NCBI RefSeq assembly: GCF_009834535.1
Contig: NC_045696.1
Coordinates: forward strand, 63,366,001-63,430,000
DNA length: 64,000 bases
Direction of reading: 5' to 3'
Source of the DNA: Camelus ferus
Taxonomy: Eukaryota
A model generated the notes under the pieces. It was not told where the DNA came from. It did no database searches and saw nothing but the letters and a program-made list of their open reading frames with translations. Below are positions 38,920 to 52,149 of this stretch, in pieces (position 1 is the stretch's first letter; each line of letters starts with the position of its first letter). The position numbers and the translations under genes were made by a program.

Positions 38920-39160
38920 AGTTACTACTTGTTGACAAGTGTTTACCACGTGCTGGGACTTGCCAAGTTTGTTACTTACATGGATCTTTCAACAACTCAG
39001 TGAAACAAGATTATCATTATGCCCTTTTCATAGATGAGGAAACTGAGGCACAGGGGCAAGTTACTTGCTCAAGGTGACAGAAATACTAATTGCTGGAGTC
39101 CGTATTCAAACCCAGGCGGGTCTGGCTGATTCCAAACCGCAGGTTCTTAACTTTCCTGGA
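38920..39160 (-). mobile_element. MIR SINE (near full length)
   Basis: 'tttaccacgtgctggg...atagatgaggaaactgaggcacaggggcaagttacttgctcaaggtgacag...attcaaacccaggcgggtctggct'. Confidence 0.88.
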
Positions 39161-40014
39161 AGGCAGGAACCGTAGTTCATTCACCTTTGCAGAATGCCTA
39201 GTACCTGGCAGGTACCCAATAAAGATACGTTGAATGGAGCAAGATGCATTTGGGGTGGGGGTGGGGGTCTGATTCTTTTCCACTATAGACTGATGAAATG
39301 ACATAGAACATGTGAAAGTACTTATCTCAGCAACAAGCACGTAGTAGGTCCACATAGATCTACAGGTGAGACCCAGATTTTCTCCTTTCTACGTGATTAT
39401 GGTGCTCATGAATAACATTTTCAGAGCATACAGCCTCCCCTTGGGTCCCTGCTCAGGCAAGGCTGTTAAAAGTCCTCATCGGACCCCTACCTAAGGGAGT
39501 GAGCCTTGGAGGTGGGGTGAGGGTAAGAAAAGGAAGAGACCATGTCTGTCTTTGAGCCCCAGGTGGCACGAGTTTGGGAGTGGGGAGGAAGACACCTGCT
39601 TGCTTTGCTGACGTTGCAGAGGGAGCCTTTCTCTCTGCCTCGATAGAGGTGACCTTGAAGCTTCTGGACCTGGAAGCTTGGCTTGCTCAGAGCTCTGAGA
39701 AGCTGAGTCACGCTGTCTGGCCCTTGCGTGTGAGAAGCGCTGACTGTGTCCTAGCACTGAAGGGCGCTGGGCCGGTGAGGCCTTGTGAGAGGGAAAGGGG
39801 CCTGCAGTGGGACAAGTGTGCTGACTGGTTCCCATGCGGAGCCATGGGTGCACTTGGCCCATCTCCTCATTCCCAGGCAAATGCAGACCCGGTCCTTCCT
39901 CAGGAGCCTCCTGGCCTGCCTCTGACTCTCCTTAAGGTGGTCAAGATAGAACTGTCCCATATTTCCATCTGGTTAACCCTCTCTGGGCTGGGTCTCAGCT
40001 GACTCACACTGACG

Positions 40015-40590
40015 TGAAATCGGTCAGAGTCCAGGCAGAAAACATAACCTATTCCAGAAACCTCCACAGAGGGAAACTAGTTATAAAGGCATTGGGAGAG
40101 ATGAAAGGGCAACTTTGGGTGAAAGGCAGCCTTGAGAGTAGCAACCACGGGAAAATGGCACCATTCCTGCTGGAAGGTTGGAGAAGAGATAATGTTTCCA
40201 GAACCGGGAAAGAGCTGGAAGCCTGGCAGAGGTTCCCTGGCTGGAATTGAGACCCCAGAGGTGATCCGCCAGGTAAAGGGAGAAGGAGGAGGAAGACTCT
40301 GGTTTCCATACCCCTCCCCCCAGTCTCCTGGCTGGTTGGGACCTGCAGGGTCAGCCCCCTGTGAGAGAGAGAGTGCAGAGCACAGAGGGGAGGGCAAACA
40401 AGAAGGTGACCTGTCTGATCACCAACTTGTCAGAACTTTGGAAAAGAATGCATCTTTCCAAGCGGTGATCCAGAGGGCTGGCCCTGGAAAGTCAACTCTC
40501 CTCTGGAAGTAGTCCCAGATCCTCTATTGGTTACCACAATTAGTGGTCATGCCCAAGCGGTGTTCCTGCTGGGAGCGAGGCAGAGAAAAG
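40015..40590. mobile_element. Probable old LTR relic (family uncertain)
   Basis: 'cagagtccaggcagaaaac...ctagttataaagg' is reminiscent of old ERV LTR termini. Confidence 0.35.
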
Positions 40591-43182
40591 GAGGATTTTT
40601 TTTTTTTCTTTAAAGAAGATGTTTCCTATACATTTTTCAAAGGATAGAGGAACCTCTGGTGCTTTTAATGAAGCACCAGCTTTCATTTTAGACCATAGTA
40701 TCGGTCCTTAGGGGCAGGAAGCTGGGTGGCAGGCCGTAAGACAGACTGACGTGTCTATTGAGGGGATACTGGACTCAGGATCAGGACGCCCGAGGATAAG
40801 TCTCAGCTCAGACAAGTCATTTATTATCTTTGAACCTCAGGCTCTGCATCTTTCACTTGGGGACCCTGAAGTTTTCAGGGAAGTGAGGGACAACACATAT
40901 GTGTAGGGGCTGTAGACCGCAGAGTCCTTGGGTAGAAAGGCCTGTGCCTGTGGACACACACCATTGCCGGAGGGTTGCTCAGCTTGGTTTTGGAGTTGAT
41001 GGTCTCCTTGGAATGGGCACCTAAAATCCTTGTCTTATCATCATAGAGTTAAAAAGACAATTGCAGTCAGCATGTCCAAACTCTCTCCTAAAAGAGGAAT
41101 CTGTGTTCCAAAGTTCTTAAAGGTAACCCTTTCCATTTTTTCTAACCCCCATCTGCTTCCCTCTTTCCTTCCCTGTTTTTTTTTTTCCTTCCTCCCTCCA
41201 TCCCTCCTTCTTTCTTCCTCTCTTCCACAAATACACGAACACTTACTTGTTGGCAGGCACTGTGCTGGTTGCCTGTCCTTCAGCAGGAATGGAGAATAGG
41301 GACCCTCACAGAGCTTACAGTCTAGCGCTTGAAAGTCTCTGGAAATAATTCCTGTTGAATACCTCCAGTAACAGGATGCTCACTGCCTGAGGAGACAGCT
41401 TTTGTGTGGGTTAGTTCTCCCTTATTTAAACTGAATTCTACCTCTGTGGAATGCTTGTGCTGACCTCCGGCACTCTAGAGAACAAGTCTAACCCCATTTC
41501 CTATGTCACCGCCCTGGAAACATGGGAAAATAAACATGGTAGGCTCAGAAAATATTTTTACTCTCCAGTTCCCACTTGCGAAAAGGAAGCTGATTCTCCG
41601 TGAAGTTAAATTCCTCAAGGGCATGAGGTCAGAGCCAGGGTGGGCTATGATCTGGGTGCTTGGGCCCAGTTCCCAGCCCACCTGGAGCAGAGGGAAGCTG
41701 AGTGGTGGAGACTCACGAAGGGGTGCAGGCGAAAGTGTGCAGGTGGCGAAGGAGATGAGCCCAAGTGAAGGGGGTCTGTCAGTGTGGAGTGAGGGGGTTA
41801 TGTGAGGCATGCTCTGGCCGTCTGCCCGGGACAAGCCTGAGCTCCCGGGTTTCTGGTCTGATTCACAGCTTCCTCTCTCCCCAAAGGAATCCCCTTTATA
41901 GCTCTCCAGGCCTGACCCCAGCATCCCTGTGAATGTCGGCTGACAGCTGCACGCAGTGCAGCTCTGGCCCCTGCACTGGGTGCCAGCTGGACGTGCTCGG
42001 CGGCCGGGGCCCCGGGAGCCACCTCTTGGGATGTCAGAGGAGCGCCGCAGCCGCCCTTCCGTCAGCAGGAAGCCCAGCCGCAAACACTTGGACAGGAAGC
42101 CCAGGCGCTGGCCAGCTGAGCGAGCTCTGGTTTCTTCTGCGTCTGAGGCTTTGGCCCAGTGTGGAGGAAGGCGAGCCAGGTGCTGCGGGCTGGCCAGTGG
42201 GCTCCCCCTTGGGCCCGGGATGTGGGTTCAAGGGTGTGAGCGGAAAAGCATCATCAAGGCTGGGCCAGAGGAGGTGCTTCCTGGAGGAAGGGTGAGGAAG
42301 CAGGGAACAGGGTGTCTAGCAGAGCTGGCCCAGCTGGCCGATGATCTGTAAACACCCCTTTGTGATGGTTCCAGACAAAATGTGTTCCCTGGGGTTCAGA
42401 CCTCCAGCATCAACTCAGAACAGCTCCCATCTCCGGGCTACCTCCACCTCTGAAAAAATACACTATGATCTCTTGGGATGGGATGTCCACACATTCCCAG
42501 CTTGAAAATGACTCCTCTCAGGGAAGGACTCTTTTATAACCTACCAAGCTGCATTCGGAGTGAATTAATAAGGAATAGAGTATGCTCAGCCAGGGACAAA
42601 GACAATTTTGTATTCAGGAGTGACAGTTTTGCTTCTAAGTGCTACATGTGATTATCTTCAAGGCAGTCTATGTATGCATACAGCCACTTGAAGGCCCCCC
42701 AGGATTTACAAAACGCTTAAATTTTTCACAAATCACTCAGGGATTCCACACCCCCCTGCCACTTGCCTCTCACAACCTGTTAGGCCAGTAAGAGGAAGCT
42801 GGCATCTGGGGACTAGGAGGTAAGTAGATTGGCTTAAGTTTCCGTAGCTCAGCAACGGCAGAGCCAGCAGCACTGCCCTGACTTCTGCAGCTCTGGAAAG
42901 AGAACTTGGATGATTACTTTCCAAGTGCCTGAGCATCTCTTACCCTATCCTGGACTGTGTGCATTCAAGCACAGGTACCCTGGGGACGTGCTCCGGACTG
43001 GAGTCTGCTACAAATATCCCATTTCTTTCAAAATGGTTTTCAGTTTTGAAAACTTCCTCCTGGGTGAATCCTGCCTGTGGCTTTAGTCCCTCTTCTCAGG
43101 GTCCCCTCAGCTCTTTATTTGTGCCATTTTAATAATCTAGATTTTATCATAGTCTATGGCCTCTGTGATTCTGATTCTAGAC

Positions 43183-43392
43183 CAGGGGTTGGCAACTTCT
43201 TCTGTAAAGGGCTAGATAGTAAATCCCTTAAGCTTTGTGGGCCATTTGGTTGCTGTTGTGCAAAAGCTGGTGCAAAAACAGCCACAGACAACATGTGAAC
43301 AAATGGGTGTGGCTGTGTTCCAATAAAACTTTATTTACAAAAGCAGGCGATGGGCTGGATTTGGTGCCCAGACTGTAGTTGGCTGACCTCTG
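43183..43392 (+). mobile_element. MER58A hAT-Charlie MITE
   Basis: 'caggggttggcaac...ctgtaaagggctagatagtaaat...atgggtgtggctgtgttccaataaaactttatttacaaaagcaggc...gttggctgacctctg'; degenerate 8-bp TSD (ttctagac / ctttagaa). Confidence 0.92.
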
Positions 43393-44039
43393 CTTTAGAA
43401 CTCCTTGAAGAAGAAGACTCATTTGTTCTCATACAACCACAAACTCTCCCCCCATTCCCAGTACCCACTTGGAGATGACTATGTCTATGCTTTGTGCTTA
43501 ATAGGAGTTCAATGTTAGTTTGATGAATGAATACATGAATGAGTGAGCTAGCAAACGACCCCGTTATAGAACTGGTTAGGTTTCAGTTCACATCCTCATC
43601 TAGAAGCAGTATGATATAGCTGAGTATAAGCTCATTGAGGGGAATTTGCAGGCCTGGTTTGAGCAGCAATTCTGTTATTTCCTAGCTGTGAAACTTGAAC
43701 TTGTAACTGATTTTTTTTCTCAGTCATAGTTCCCAACTTGCCCATAGGAGATGGAGGGTGATACCCACCTCAAAGTATTGTTGTGGAATAAATCAAGAGC
43801 GCATAGAAAACTGGTGGCCCAGTGCTGGGCACACAGTAAGTGTGGGAGCAGGGTGGAAATTGCTCCTGGGAGGAAGTAGTACCACTGCTGAAAGCCACTT
43901 TGTGCTCAGGGTCAGCTTCCACATTGGGCCTCAGCATCCTCCTCTGACACACGCAGAGGATATTGTGAGAAAAAGTGGAGAGATATCCCTTAGCCTGGAA
44001 AAAGGAGGGTCATGTAGACCCAGGCAGTTTTGCAGAAGT

Positions 44040-44600
44040 CTCTCCATGTAGCTGTCCTGTAAGCATCCCAAACTCACTGTCCAAAACAGACAGCTCTCCC
44101 CTCTTCCTCCCAAGCTGCTCTTCCTCCTCCATTTTCCCAGACCCCAAGTCAGAACTCTGGAGGTCTTCTGCCGATCTTGCTCCCTCCTACACCAAGTCCT
44201 GCAGCCACCAAAGCAGCCACCGTCCCCGCCTCTCCATGCCCCTGCCTGGTTACAGTCTCTCACCTGGGCAATTGCAGTAGCAGCTTCCATTGGTTCCCAA
44301 CTCCATCCGTTTAACCACTTTGCTATTAGGTTTATGCTTCAAAATTCAAATCTGGCCTAGTCCTGCTCAGCTTCTAAAGTCTTCAGTGCCTCTTCATCTG
44401 TAGGAGGCCAAAGTCCACTTCCTTAGCCAGCGGTCTTCTCCACTGGTCTCCGTTGGTCCCTTCAACCTCATCCCTTAGCATCCTTTGCTTGCCAGATGTC
44501 TGGCCTCACAGATGGACTTCACTCTCTGCCTTCTCCTCTCTAGCATTTTTTATTTTGTTGCCTGCTCCCTCCTCCTCCTGACACCCTAGAATCCACATCC
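44040..44600 (+). mobile_element. LINE L2 fragment
   Basis: 'catcccaaactcactgtccaaaac...tctctcacctgggcaattgcagtagc...ttcaaaattcaaatctgg'. Confidence 0.6.
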
Positions 44601-44728
44601 TCTCTGAGATGTTACAAATCAGTTATTAAATAATATTGCTGGAGTTTTTAAACACAGTTTTTAAAGGTATGACACTCAGTTCCATTTAGAACTTAGCTCT
44701 GGGGAAATCTGTACCAATGGTATATTTA

Positions 44729-44748
44729 TACATACATACATACATACA

Positions 44749-44784
<36 letters not shown>

Positions 44785-44785
44785 T
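44729..44785. repeat. (TACA)n tetranucleotide microsatellite (~12 units) ending in (TA)n
   Basis: Directly visible. Confidence 0.95.
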
Positions 44786-46027
44786 TTCAATTGAAAGGGA
44801 ACTTATGTATCAGATGCCTTCTGTCTAGAAGCTTCCCTCGTGTATCCAGAGAAGAAATGCCCAGGCGTTGGGCTTATGGATTAATTCTCTAACAACAAAC
44901 ATGAGACTTTCAGTCTGATAGGATAATGCTGTGGCCATTGTGGATGCCATGTGATTAAACTGCTCTTCCAGAATTTCTCTGGTGTCATAGAGCAGAGGGC
45001 TCTTTCCAGCAGCAGAACCTCTGATAGAACTGTGTGTGACCAGTCGTGAATCCAACATGACAAGCAGCCTCCTACAACTTCAAAGCCTCTCGAGTTTGAA
45101 TGAAGGATGATGAGGTCTCCATGCAATGGGAACCAGAAGGGTGAAAAACCACAGGGGTGTTCTCCTTGCCCTCCTGCTGATGGGTAATAGCAGCTCTCCT
45201 TGTCCTTGGAAAGGGCCCCAAGTGCGAACACTCAGGGTCAGTCCATATTGGCCCTCTCTGGCCCTGTCCACTCTAGCCCAACCTGGTCCCTGGTCTTACT
45301 TGCTGTCCATTCGGGACTTACTGAAATCCTCCTGCCTCTCTTTCTCCCCTGAGAGTCAGGAACCAGGACATGGTGCCCAACACAGTGTTGACTGGACTTT
45401 ATCCCTACCCGTTTGCACACCAGAATAAAGTAGAGTGGTGGCTTTTCTGAAGCCACAAAGCTTTTTTTTTTTTTTTTTTTCTTTTAGGGAATGTATGAAG
45501 GCATAATTCTTCTCAGACATCAGCAGGGCCGAACACTTGGATGAATGCAGTGAAATGTTTTTCTTAAAAATAAGAAAAAGACATTTGCTTGTGCTTAAAA
45601 TCTGCTATTACTAACCTCTCTGATATAAAAATTCCTGTTCAGTTTAGAAGTAATGAAATGTAATGGACGGAGAATGAAATGGAAAGATTTCCCTTAATCG
45701 GCTCATTTCTATCTTATAAAATGCTACTTTTTGATGCTAACTCACCTATACACTTGGGCTGTTAGGAAAACCATTGCTGGGTTGAATTTCTACAGTGCTT
45801 TGAATTGTTAGTAAGAATGTACTGTTAGAGGCATATCTTGGTTTTAGAAACTTGAAGTACTGAAACCTCAACTTGTTAAATAAACAAACGGATGCATTTG
45901 GGCATGGTAAAATAATCCACAACATTGAAAAGATGAATATCACGATGCATTTAAAATGTGATTAGATTTACTGAGGTTTAGTTAAACATTTTAAGTAAAC
46001 CTTCTCTGGCATAGAACTTCTCAATAT

Positions 46028-46590
46028 TGTATTGATTAGGATTAGGTTTGGGTTTAAGCAAGGTAGAAGTTTGTTTGTCTCTGGTGTAAAAGTTTAGATG
46101 GGTGGTCTGGGATTGACAAAAGCTCCCTAATATCAGAGACTTAGACTTGTTCATTTATTCATTCACTTAATCATCAAATATTTGTTAAGCACTAGTTAGG
46201 CACTGGCATTATAGAAGTAGAGGAAGGAAAAAGAAGACAAAAATCTCTGCCATCAGGGACTTTACATTTTGTTGTTCTATTGGGCATGGCCTTGACCTCA
46301 TAGCCTGAGATGGCAACATCTCTGCATTCCAGGCAGCAGAAAGGAGGACTGAAGAAGAAGGCAAAGACTGCACCTATGTAACCTCTTAAGAAAGATTCCT
46401 GGGAGCCACAGGACTCTTTCCCCTACATTTCATGCAATGATTAGTCAGGTGATCCCCCCTAGCTGCAAGGGAAGCTGGGAAATGTAGTCTTTACCCCAGG
46501 TGACCACCATATGCCCAACTGAAAGTACACTATTAAGGAAGAAAGGTAGATGGCTAGTGACTAGGGCAGGGGACTACAGGTATCTCCCAC
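46028..46590. mobile_element. Old MLT1 LTR with a nested L2 3' end (~46148-46270)
   Basis: MLT1 motif 'ctagctgcaagggaagctgggaaatgtagtct'; internal 'ttcatttattcattcac...aaatatttgttaagcact...ctctgccatcagggactttacatt' is an antisense L2 tail. Confidence 0.65.
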
Positions 46591-46614
46591 AAATAAAACT
46601 TGTAATTAAAAAAT

Positions 46615-46835
46615 ACATTTAATTTAATTTGAAATCTTCAAATTACTATTTTTCCAACATGCACCAAATGTAAAAATTATTATTTCACTTTCTTTTGTTT
46701 TGTTACTAAGTCTTTAAAATCCAGGGTTGATTTTACACTTACATCACTTACATTCTCTGATTCAGTCACCTCACATCTCAATTCAGACCAGTCCATTGTC
46801 AGCATTCCATAGCCATGTTGGGTAGTTCAGTCCTG
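46615..46835. mobile_element. MER3/MER33-like hAT-Charlie fragment
   Basis: 'tactaagtctttaaaatccagggttgattttacacttaca...cacatctcaattcagac...tagccatgt'. Confidence 0.65.
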
Positions 46836-46844
46836 GAGCTCGGC

Positions 46845-46989
46845 AGCCTGAAGTGCAGTCCGGCAACACTGGGGAGCTTGTTAGAAATGCAGACCCTCAG
46901 GCCCCACCCCAGACTTACTAAATTAGAATCTGCATCTTAATAAGATCTCCAGGTGGCGTGGTGTGCACATCAAAGTATGACAGGCACTG
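46845..46989 (+). mobile_element. MER5A1/MER5-like MITE
   Basis: 'ggagcttgttagaaatgcagaccctcaggccccaccccagacttactaaattagaatctgcat...aagatctccaggtg'. Confidence 0.82.
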
Positions 46990-47344
46990 TCCTATAATGC
47001 TTCTTCAGATGACAGTTTCCATTAGAATCTCATAAAAAGTCTAGAGAAAAGAGAAGCTACCCCCAGTGAACATTCTGGAATCAAGTGTGGAAACTTGTCA
47101 GACCCCATCTTTCCTTTTCCTGATCACATTAGACTGCTAGTTAGACCTTCCGTGGAGAGGCAATTTTAAAGAAGTTACATTTAAACAAATAAATTAATTT
47201 TGGTTAATTGACTAAGGGAGAGGCTTTAAAAATCAAACAACTAAAATGGTTGGGTTATGAATGGATTTAATTTTCAAGGCTATCCTTCAATGCCATGAGC
47301 ACAGCTTTAAAATACATCAGGTTTCTCTGAAACTTGTTGCCTGA

Positions 47345-47760
47345 TTTTTTCACAGCTTTATTGAGATACCATTCACATGCCATACAATTCACTGATTTCA
47401 GTTGCACAGATCAAGTTTTTTTGTATATTCACAGAGTTGGGCAACCATCACCAAAATCAATTTCAGAACATATTCATCCCCCTAAAAAAAAATCCTGCAC
47501 CTGTTGGCAGTCACTCCCCATTTCCTGCTGGTCCTAGGCAACCCTAGTTCACTTTATGTCACTATCGATCTGCCTAGTCTGAACATTTCATATAAAGAAA
47601 GCATACTATATATGGTCTTTGGTGACTGGCTTCTTTCACTTAGCCTAATGTTTTCAAGGTTCATCTATATTATAGCATGTATCAGTACTTTATTCCTTTT
47701 TATGGCTGAATCATATTCCATGGTGTGTATATATCACATTTTGTTTATCCATTCATAAAT
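47345..47760 (-). mobile_element. L1M (L1MB-like) 3' end
   Basis: 'cagctttattgagataccattcacatgccatacaattcac...gactggcttctttcacttagcctaatgttttcaaggttcatc'. Confidence 0.88.
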
Positions 47761-48659
47761 TCGTAAGGTGTTAATACAAAAGCCAGAAAGAAGGGGAAAA
47801 ACAGTAAGTAGGAACTCCAGGAAATAACTTCTACAGGGTTCAGAGTCACAGAGCATCAGAATAAAAAAGAACCTTAAAAATCACTCAGTGCTTTCTTTTC
47901 CTTATGGAAAGCCCAAGACCCAGGGTAGGAAAGCTGTTTGCCCAGGGCCCCTCAACATCAGGGGCCGAGCTGGGATGAGGCCCAGGTTGTCCCGACTCCA
48001 AGTCCTGTGCTGTTCTCTGCCACCACGTACGTCCAGGGCCTCGGGGCTCCTCTCTGGGGTGGCCGTGGAAGTGGTTGTCCTCGTAACAGCAGGGAGAGGA
48101 GCAAGTCTTTTATCTCAGTCTTGGGCTCGGTTTTAGAGAATTGATCTGGGTTCAGAGCCTCGAGGTGGATTTGGAATTCCTTTTGGGGAACTGTTTAGAA
48201 GAGTTGGCAGTGGGAAGGTTGCCTGATGTTCTGGACCTCTATTGTACTTTCAGCCACATCTCTCAGTCATCAGAAAGAATAAACGAGAAACTCAAGAATC
48301 GAGTGCATCACAGCTGGGGCGGATCTCACTCCATCCACTCAGGCCTGAGTCTGAGGTGTAGAGAGTGTAAGTCTGTTTCCTTCCAGCCTGCATCATGGGA
48401 GGCAGGACCCTAGCGCTCACCTATTTGGGGATTCTTCTAAATGAGGAAGATTGGCTACTGGGTAGTCAGAAAACAACAGGTGTCCACGATTTGGTTATAA
48501 ATCTGGTGTTCTCAAGTGAGGAAAAAACGGGAAGCTCTGTCCAACCAGACAATACCAGTGCTGGGCACTGACTCAAGGAGACAGCAGGGAGGTGTTTAAA
48601 AATAGACAGAACCTTTCTGGGGGCACTGTTCTGTTCTGTCTCTCAGACAAGTTGAGTGG

Positions 48660-48990
48660 AGGACCAGGGTCCAACGGAGGATGAGCTGGTGAGGGGTCAA
48701 GAAACCAGGTCTTATGAGGAATAGCAGAAGTCACGGGGGCTGTTTAACCCTGAGGCGAGCCAGACGCTGGGGATTAAGGAGTGTGTGCTCTCCTGTCTTC
48801 AAATATTAGAAGAGCTGTCAAGGGGGTGAGGTAGTCCAGAGGGCATGGCTAGAATCAGAAGTGGGAAATTATAAGGAGGTGGATATCAGCTTGATGTGGA
48901 GATGTTTCTAGCAACCAGAGGTGCCCAGCAAGTAACTAGGGTGATTCCAAAGGTGGGGACCTCTCCTCCCCTGGAAGTCTTCAAGCTGGG
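48660..48990 (+). mobile_element. L3/CR1 LINE 3' fragment
   Basis: 'cttatgaggaatagcagaag...gggctgtttaaccctgag...gtcttcaaatattagaagagctgtca...tcccctggaagtcttcaagc'. Confidence 0.7.
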
Positions 48991-49429
48991 ACACAGGACA
49001 TCAGACATTCAGCCTCTAAGACTGCACTGTCCAGTACAGTAGCCACTAGCCACATGTGGGTTTTGAACAGAGAAATGATGATTTTTTTGGATAAACTGGC
49101 CCAGCCCAGAAGGCTGCCCCCTGCAGGCTACAGGTTCCTCTCCCAAACCCACCTGTCAGACAAATCCTCCTCCTCTGGGGAGAAGGGAGATGGGGGTTAG
49201 TGTTTCTCCCACTCCTCCCAGTGTAAGGAGGAGTGTAAGGATAAAGGTTAGCTTTACGTGGACTTACACCTCTGTAAATAGGCCAGTGTCCAGTGTGGGG
49301 AGATGAAGAGAGACCGGGGTTCAGGGCTGGACACATGGTGGGCCCACCTGTGTAAGCTGAGTCTTCCCACTGATGCTAGTAATGTCCACATGGGCACAAA
49401 CCATGACCGTGCAGAGAGGCACATCACCT

Positions 49430-49590
49430 TTTTTAAAAAATTGAGCTATAGTCAGTTTACAATATTGTATCAATTTCTGGTGTGTAGCTCACTGTGTCAG
49501 TCTTGCATATGCATACATATATTCATTTTCATGTTCTTTTTCATCATAGGTTACTACAAGATACTGAATATAGTTCCCTGCGCTATGCAT
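49430..49590 (-). mobile_element. Short cetartiodactyl/camelid L1 3' end
   Basis: Same family as 29645-29990: 'tatagtcagtttacaat...tttctggtgt...ataggttactacaagatactgaatatagttccctgcgctat'. Confidence 0.85.
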
Positions 49591-50604
49591 CCTCTTTTGA
49601 GTGCATGCAAAGTGCTCCACACACAGCAGCTATTGTGTGAATCCTCGACCCCCACACTGGCTGTGTTACCTATGACACTGAGCACTGGGTGTCGGCCTGG
49701 GCTTTTTCCTGTCTCTTACCCACTGGTCTCGTGTCTGAATTAGAGAACTGTGGGATTTCAGAGCCGTTAGAGCTCCCAGATACCATCTCGGCGTGTTGCA
49801 GATTAGGTAGCTGGTCTGCAAGAGGGGAAGTGAGGGGGCAGCTAGGAAGAGGGGGTTGTGTGTGACACGTGTCCCTTCTCCACCCGCCCCCACCCGTCAC
49901 CACTGCTTCCTAGACCTCATAATTCAGGAAGGCCGTCTGTCTGACCAAAAGGCAGGAAGTCCGCCAGCCCACTCCCATCCCGGTGGCGGCTGGTTCTATT
50001 CTCAGTCTGTCAGGGACCACACACCCTGGGGCGTGTGATACGAGCCTGGACTGCTCACTTCAGTCCTAGGATCCACCACATTCAGTCCATCTTTTAGTTG
50101 TTTATGTTTTCCTCACATTTTCTATCTCCGTGACAACCTCAGGTCACCTCAGGTTCCAATGGAGATCTTCCTGACCCAGCATCTGGGAAGAGATAAGGAG
50201 GTTTTTTTGCAATTCTTTTTGTTTTTTTCATACTTTTCCCATTTACTTTATTGTTCATTAACTGAAACATATTAAGTTTAATATTTTAATGCAGATCGAT
50301 TTCAAACTCCAAGGATGTGATAATAAAAGAATTTATTTTTCTGAAAATATTTTAAAAACAACCTGTGATGTGGTCAGTAGAGTATATATTACAAAATCAA
50401 TTTTAATCTTAGCACAGAATTAATTGAGACCAAGTGGCACCAGCTGTGAACCAGAAGTGTGATGTACTTGGTTGAATCCATGCCTCTGTATATTGCTATC
50501 TATCTATCTAATATCCTTTTCATATATGCAAAATGCTTTATAATCATTTTTTCTAGATAAATCTACTCCTTGGAGGATAATAGACATGACAAGAAGACTT
50601 TTTT

Positions 50605-50719
50605 ATTGTTTGTAAACTTTTTTTGGAGGGGAGGGCAGGTAGTTAGGTTTATTTATTTGTAATGGAGATACTGGGGATTGCTAAGCACACAGTCTACCAC
50701 TGAGCTTATACGCTCCCCC
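50605..50719 (-). mobile_element. Camelid tRNA-derived SINE (Vic-1-like) with an internal deletion
   Basis: Reverse strand reads ggggagcgtataagctcagtggtagactgtgtgcttagc|aatccccagtatctccattacaaataaataaacctaactacc; A-box present, B-box segment missing; degenerate TSD acaaga...ttttt. Confidence 0.8.
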
Positions 50720-52149
50720 ACAAGAGATGCTTTTTGTATGATGAGCAATATAGGCAGATGAGGTTGAGTTTGCTCATAGCTCATGTTCACAGCACAGATG
50801 AGGCAGTTTCAGAGCTGGAGCCAGAGACCTGGGTTCGTACCTCAGCTTCACCGCCACTGAGCTGGAGACCTCGGGCAAGGCTACCTCTCCTCCAGCCTGA
50901 GGGATCAGCTGAGCTGAGCCACATCACTGAGGGTGGCCCTGGGATTACAGGAAAGGTGCTGGCCCTTGTGCCCCGTGCCGCGGTGAACTGCTGGGGAGGC
51001 TCAGCCCCACCGCGTTGGCGCAGGTCACCCCCATGGTATGTGGGGGGGTATGCTTGCAAACAGGGCCCTCCTGCAGCAGGGCCGCCCATAACCTCTGTCC
51101 TGCGGTGCAGCTGGATGAGATCTCTCCCAAGTTGCAAGCTTCCGATACTTTTTAGCAAGGGGAAATATTTTGGATCCAATCACTCCAGGTTGGCCTTGCA
51201 CTCTGTCTTATTTGCTGATTAAACAGCCTTTCTTTGGCACAAACTTTTGAAAGTTACCTCTTCAGTGGAGGCCTATCTTAAGGGGATAAGTTTTAGCATT
51301 GGAAATTCTCTCTTTCCATCTTTAGTTGGCTATTTGTCCTCATTTATTCCAGGACCTAAACTTCGGCCCAGTTTGTGACACCTAGGTATTTGTTTTAAGC
51401 AGTCAGCCTGGACTTCATCAAAATGGCAGTATTTTTAGGCAACCCTGTTGTAAGGCTAAGGTCTGGGATTTCAAAGAGTGTAAGCTTTAAGGCTCTGACC
51501 TATCTTCAGCAGGGTAAAGTTTGGCACTAAAAGCTGCCATCTTTATAGGGGATATTAAACAAATGGGGCTTTCTCCTAATGCAGCTGAAAGGGGCCAGCA
51601 GCTCCAATTCAATTCAAAGAGGACTCGGTGAGGGCCCAGTTGGGGCCCAGTGCCGTATTCAGCATCACGAGTCTCTGCTTTCTGCTGAGTGTCCACGTGC
51701 TCCTAGGACGGTGTTTGCTGAGCACTTACTGTCTGACCAGCTCCGTGTGAGTGCTGTGGGGCAGACCTAACACAGAGCATTACCACGGGAGTGCTGCTGT
51801 CTCCTTCCCAGCATCCTCAGCTTCATCCAGACGCTTCAGGCAGCTGGGCCTCAGTCCACCAGCAGAAGGGGCCTGGCCTTCATATTGCTACCACAATCCC
51901 CGCACCTGGACCCAGCTGACGTTTTGCTTTTTGTCCTCCAGTTCCCCTCGAGGACCAGAACTCTGTCCTGAGAGCCTACCCTTTTGAGCTGGGGCCCTGG
52001 CAGCTGGCTAATCTCTTGCCACCTTCTCGAATGCTCCCTGTGTTTTCAGCTGTGGTTTGACTCCAGTCTGGATGGCCTCCAGCTCTCATTGCACAGCCCA
52101 GCTTAGATGCTGTGTGTTGCCACTGTCCTGTTGGCCTTTGCAAACAGGC

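Noticed and set aside
41475..42083. 202-aa minus-strand ORF and neighbouring ORFs
   Set aside because: Overlaps MIR/L3-like relics and GC-rich sequence; no recognisable product.
50660..50719. tRNA-like sequence (agctcagtggtaga on the minus strand)
   Set aside because: It is the head of a tRNA-derived SINE with no T-arm/B-box, not a tRNA gene.
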